NCBI GenBank assembly: GCA_035305585.1
Contig: DATGOV010000029.1
Location: 605-64,604 of the forward strand
Source: Acidimicrobiia bacterium
GTDB lineage: Bacteria; Actinomycetota; Acidimicrobiia; Spongiisociales; ZC4RG35
DNA length: 64,000 nucleotides
Direction of reading: 5' to 3'
Shown here: in pieces, positions 61,416-64,000 of the stretch
Layout: each line of letters opens with the position of its first letter
How positions within the stretch are numbered: the first letter of the stretch is position 1
Program-made: the position numbers and the translations under genes
The notes under the pieces: generated by a model
Told to the model about the DNA's origin: nothing
Databases searched by the model: none
Seen by the model: only the letters and a program-made list of their open reading frames with translations

Positions 61416-62015
61416 CTAGTCACTTCGGGAGTCGACCTCCTGGCCTGCCACCCCGGCCGAAAGGCTCATTCCGGCCCGGATCGACGTGGTGGCGGTCACC
61501 GCCCCCACCACTCGAGGAAAGTGGCGTGCGGCCGCCGCCAACGTGGCCCCGGTGGTGATCACGTCGTCGACCAGCACGACGGCGTGGACCACAGGGCGCC
61601 GCAGCCGGAAGGCAGGAGCGAAACCGTGAACGCGCCCCGCTCGCACCCGTCCCCACGGCGGGGCCCAGAGTGCTCGAACCAATGGCCTGCCGGTGAGACG
61701 GGCCAGCGCAGTCGCCAGTTCCAGTGCCGGGTCGACCCCATAGCGCAGGCGGCGCCACCCGACCCGCGGCACGGGGACCAACACCGCATCGGCGTCTACT
61801 GCCCCCGCCATTCCCTCCGCCAGCACCGCCGCGGCAGCGACGACGCCGCGGTACTTGAGATGATGGACGAGGCTGCGGGCCGCCCCCTCGTGACGGAAGG
61901 CAGGCGACACCACCCCCAATGCCGGCAGGTACTGCTCGGGTGCCGGCCTCAACTCGTTGCGGCATCTCCGGCAGAGCGGCGCCTCTCCCAATCGCTGACA
62001 GGTGAGACACATCAC
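61416..62015 (-). CDS. ComF-family phosphoribosyltransferase-like protein
   Basis: N-terminal Cys pairs CLTCQRLGEAPLCRRC and PRT motif VVLVDDVITTGATL. Confidence 0.7.
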   Translation of the reverse strand: MMCLTCQRLGEAPLCRRCRNELRPAPEQYLPALGVVSPAFRHEGAARSLVHHLKYRGVVAAAAVLAEGMAGAVDADAVLVPVPRVGWRRLRYGVDPALELATALARLTGRPLVRALWAPPWGRVRAGRVHGFAPAFRLRRPVVHAVVLVDDVITTGATLAAAARHFPRVVGAVTATTSIRAGMSLSAGVAGQEVDSRSD

Positions 62016-62059
62016 GCCCGCAACGTATCCGGCGTCAGTGACACGCCGGACGCCGCCGT

Positions 62060-63310
62060 TCAGGAAGTGCCCTCCTGCCAGCTCGCCAGGTAGGAACGCT
62101 GCTCGTCGGTCAGCTGTTCGAGCCCTCCGCCGAGGCGGGCAAGCTTGATAGACGCCACCTGGCGATCGATCTCCTCGGGGAGCGTGTAGATGCGGGGCTC
62201 GAGATCCTCGCGATTCTTAACGAGCCATTCGGCGGCGAGTGCCTGGTTGGTGAAGGACATGTCCATGACGTCGGCGGGGTGGCCTTCTGCTGCCCCGAGG
62301 TTCACCAAACGGCCCTCGGCGGCGACGAGGATGCGACGCCCGTCCTCCAACTCGAACTCTTCGAGGTTGTCTCGCACTACCCGCCGCTCGACGGCCATCT
62401 GGCGCAGGGCATCTAACTCGATCTCGATGTCGAAGTGCCCGGCGTTGGCGAGGATGACCCCGTCCTTCATCCGCTCGAAATGCTGGCGCCGAATCACGTG
62501 CTTGTTGCCGGTGACCGTGATGAACACGTCGCCGACGGCAGCAGCGTCGTCGGAGGTCATGACCTGGTAGCCGTTCATCGCCGCTTCCAGCGCCCGGATC
62601 GGGTCGATCTCGACGACCACGACTCTCGCTCCCATGCCGTCGGCCCGCGCCGCCACCCCCCTACCGCAGTCGCCGTAGCCGACGACGACCACCGTTTGGC
62701 CGGCGAGCAGGATGTTGGATGCACGGATGATCCCGTCCAGGGAGGACTGGCCCGTCCCGAAGTGGTTGTCGAAGAGGTGCTTCGTCGCCGAGTCGTTCAC
62801 CGCAACCACCGGCACGCGGAGCGTCCCGTCGGCCGCCATCGCCCGCAAGCGGATCACGCCGGTGGTCGTCTCCTCGGTCGAGCCGATCACCTCCAGGTCG
62901 CGGCGCTCGGTGTGGAGGATCGTGGCGAGGTCGGCGCCGTCGTCCATGGTCACCGCCGGAGCGTGGTCGAGGGCGGCGTGGATGTGCTTGTAGTACGTGT
63001 CGGAGTCCTCGCCGCGGATGGCGAACACCGATATGCCTTCGGCGACCAGGGCGGCGGCGACGTCATCCTGGGTCGACAACGGATTCGAGGCGCAGAGGAC
63101 CGGTTCGGCCCCGCCGTCGCGGAGAGCGAGCATGAGGTTGGCCGTCTCGGCGGTGACGTGCAGGCAGGCGGCAACGACATGACCATCGAGCGGTCGCTCG
63201 TCGCGGAACCGCTCCCGAACCGTGGCGAGAACCTCCATCCGTCGGCCGGCCCAGGCGATCCTGCGGGCGCCGGCCTCGGCGAGCGACGGGTCTGCGATGT
63301 CGTAGTTCAT
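62060..63310 (-). CDS. ahcY: adenosylhomocysteinase
   Basis: [14 protein letters not shown]...TTTGV...[11 protein letters not shown]...GHFDIEI. AAGGA RBS lies 5 nt before ATG 63310. The track ORF starts 10 codons earlier. Confidence 0.9.
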   Translation of the reverse strand: MNYDIADPSLAEAGARRIAWAGRRMEVLATVRERFRDERPLDGHVVAACLHVTAETANLMLALRDGGAEPVLCASNPLSTQDDVAAALVAEGISVFAIRGEDSDTYYKHIHAALDHAPAVTMDDGADLATILHTERRDLEVIGSTEETTTGVIRLRAMAADGTLRVPVVAVNDSATKHLFDNHFGTGQSSLDGIIRASNILLAGQTVVVVGYGDCGRGVAARADGMGARVVVVEIDPIRALEAAMNGYQVMTSDDAAAVGDVFITVTGNKHVIRRQHFERMKDGVILANAGHFDIEIELDALRQMAVERRVVRDNLEEFELEDGRRILVAAEGRLVNLGAAEGHPADVMDMSFTNQALAAEWLVKNREDLEPRIYTLPEEIDRQVASIKLARLGGGLEQLTDEQRSYLASWQEGTS

Positions 63311-63390
63311 GGGCATCCTTTCGGACTCGCGGGCGGTCACCGCCTCTCGGATGATGATGAGGGGGTCCTATCCTTCAGTCTGTCCAATCT

Positions 63391-63777
63391 TTGCGGAAAG
63401 AGGAGAAGGTGACGAACTCCGTCAGGCATGTCTCGAAACCGTGGGGCTCGGAGATGATCTGGGCGGAGACCGACGACTACGTCGGAAAGGTGATCCGCAT
63501 CCACGCCGGGCATCGACTGTCTCTCCAGCTCCACGAGGAGAAGGAAGAATCGATCCTGGTCATCGGGGGCAAGCTGCGGCTCCACACCGGCCCGGACGCC
63601 GACAACGTCACCTCCCGCATCCTCGAACCGGGAGAGTCGGCGCACATCCCGCCGGGCATGGTCCATCGCTTCGAGGCCATCGAGGACACCGAACTCGTCG
63701 AGGTGTCGACGCCACAATTGATGGACGTCATTCGGCTGCAAGACGACTACGGCCGGGAGGGCACCAACGAGCCCTGA
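63391..63777 (+). CDS. cupin-domain protein (mannose-6-phosphate isomerase type II C-terminal-like)
   Basis: KPWGSEMIWAETDDYVGKVIRIHAGHRLSLQLHEEKEESI...PPGMVHRFE. Confidence 0.65.
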   Translation: MRKEEKVTNSVRHVSKPWGSEMIWAETDDYVGKVIRIHAGHRLSLQLHEEKEESILVIGGKLRLHTGPDADNVTSRILEPGESAHIPPGMVHRFEAIEDTELVEVSTPQLMDVIRLQDDYGREGTNEP

Positions 63778-63792
63778 GGCCGACTCCGGCCG

Positions 63793-63954
63793 TCAGCTCG
63801 GTCCGCTGGCCTTTTCCGCCACCATCACCGGGATCCCGTCGACTATCGGGTAGGCGCGCCCGCACTCCGCGCACACGATCCGGCCTGCGTCGAGGCTGAC
63901 ATCGCCGTGGTCGACGGGACAGACGAGGAGGTCGAGGAGCTCGGGATCGATCAT
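63793..63954 (-). CDS. Trm112-family small zinc-ribbon-like protein (53 aa; below the ORF-track length cutoff)
   Basis: My own translation: MIDPELLDLLVCPVDHGDVSLDAGRIVCAECGRAYPIVDGIPVMVAEKASGPS. This matches the Trm112/UPF0434 pattern (LL.CP...G.L......L.C..C...YPI.DGIPVML). Confidence 0.6.
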   Translation of the reverse strand: MIDPELLDLLVCPVDHGDVSLDAGRIVCAECGRAYPIVDGIPVMVAEKASGPS

Positions 63955-64000
63955 GTCCGACCTTCGATCACGTCGCGCACCTCGGACACCAGCTCGTCGA
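63951..64000 (-). CDS. 3' end of an unidentified CDS continuing past the right edge
   Basis: The minus frame reads ...DELVSEVRDVIEGRT-stop. Its TGA overlaps the Trm112-like ATG (ATGA). The fragment is too short to name. Confidence 0.3.
   Translation of the reverse strand, partial: DELVSEVRDVIEGRT

Noticed and set aside
63311-63390. SAH riboswitch upstream of ahcY
   Set aside because: Only about 80 nt are shared with the divergent cupin gene, and I could not find the conserved SAH-element helices or sequence.

Overview
Visibly GC-rich, densely coding chromosomal backbone from an Actinomycetota-like organism. The lineage is my inference from gene order and protein signatures; no search was run. 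I support about 75 CDS, 7 tRNAs (Ala, His, Arg, Gly, Pro, Lys, Leu), one tmRNA, one decayed pseudogene, several strong intrinsic-terminator hairpins, and one consensus promoter with a palindromic operator.

Main blocks:
- 1-3.2 kb: accessory-looking genes (DUF222/HNH fragment, Kelch protein, APH-type kinase) abutting the 3' end of tRNA-Ala.
- 3.2-31.2 kb, almost all on the minus strand: rsfS-nadD, a LytM-like gene, two tandem GAPDH genes, an orphan receiver, VWA+MoxR, trkAH, proB-obg-rpmA-rplU-Rne/Rng, tdk, rodA-pbp2-mreDCB, ndk, folC, an LPXTG surface protein, and clpX-clpP-tig. This is collinear with the mycobacterial Rv2420c-Rv2462c region as I remember it.
- 31-36 kb: tRNA cluster plus a proVWX-type betaine ABC transporter.
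- 36-43 kb: rdgB-rph-MBL-pdxH, acyl-CoA dehydrogenase/HMG-CoA lyase, ferredoxin, and an arsR-SRPBCC-RibD_C operon.
- 43-48 kb: small miscellaneous genes and a decayed hydrolase.
- 48-54 kb: ssrA, two secreted-protein genes, and smpB-M23-ftsX-ftsE.
- 54-64 kb: a galactitol-type PTS IIA-IIB-IIC operon, prfB-secA, a LuxR-type regulator, comF, ahcY, a cupin and a Trm112-like gene.

I found no CRISPR array, transposase, integrase or recognisable defence island. I cannot point to a clear novel multi-gene system. The most unusual items are:
- a translationally coupled GAPDH paralog whose nucleophilic Cys is Asn;
- a 2xCHRD + 3x Cys-containing SLH-like secreted protein wedged between ssrA and smpB;
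- an LPXTG protein with three Cys-bracketed Cna-B-like modules and a perfect 9-nt (EQP)12 repeat;
- a leaderless arsR gene driven by a perfect consensus promoter that embeds a 20-bp palindrome.

Many long ORFs in the supplied track are antisense or out-of-frame shadows typical of high-GC DNA and were discarded. Internal start codons were chosen by homology and RBS reasoning and may be off by a few codons.
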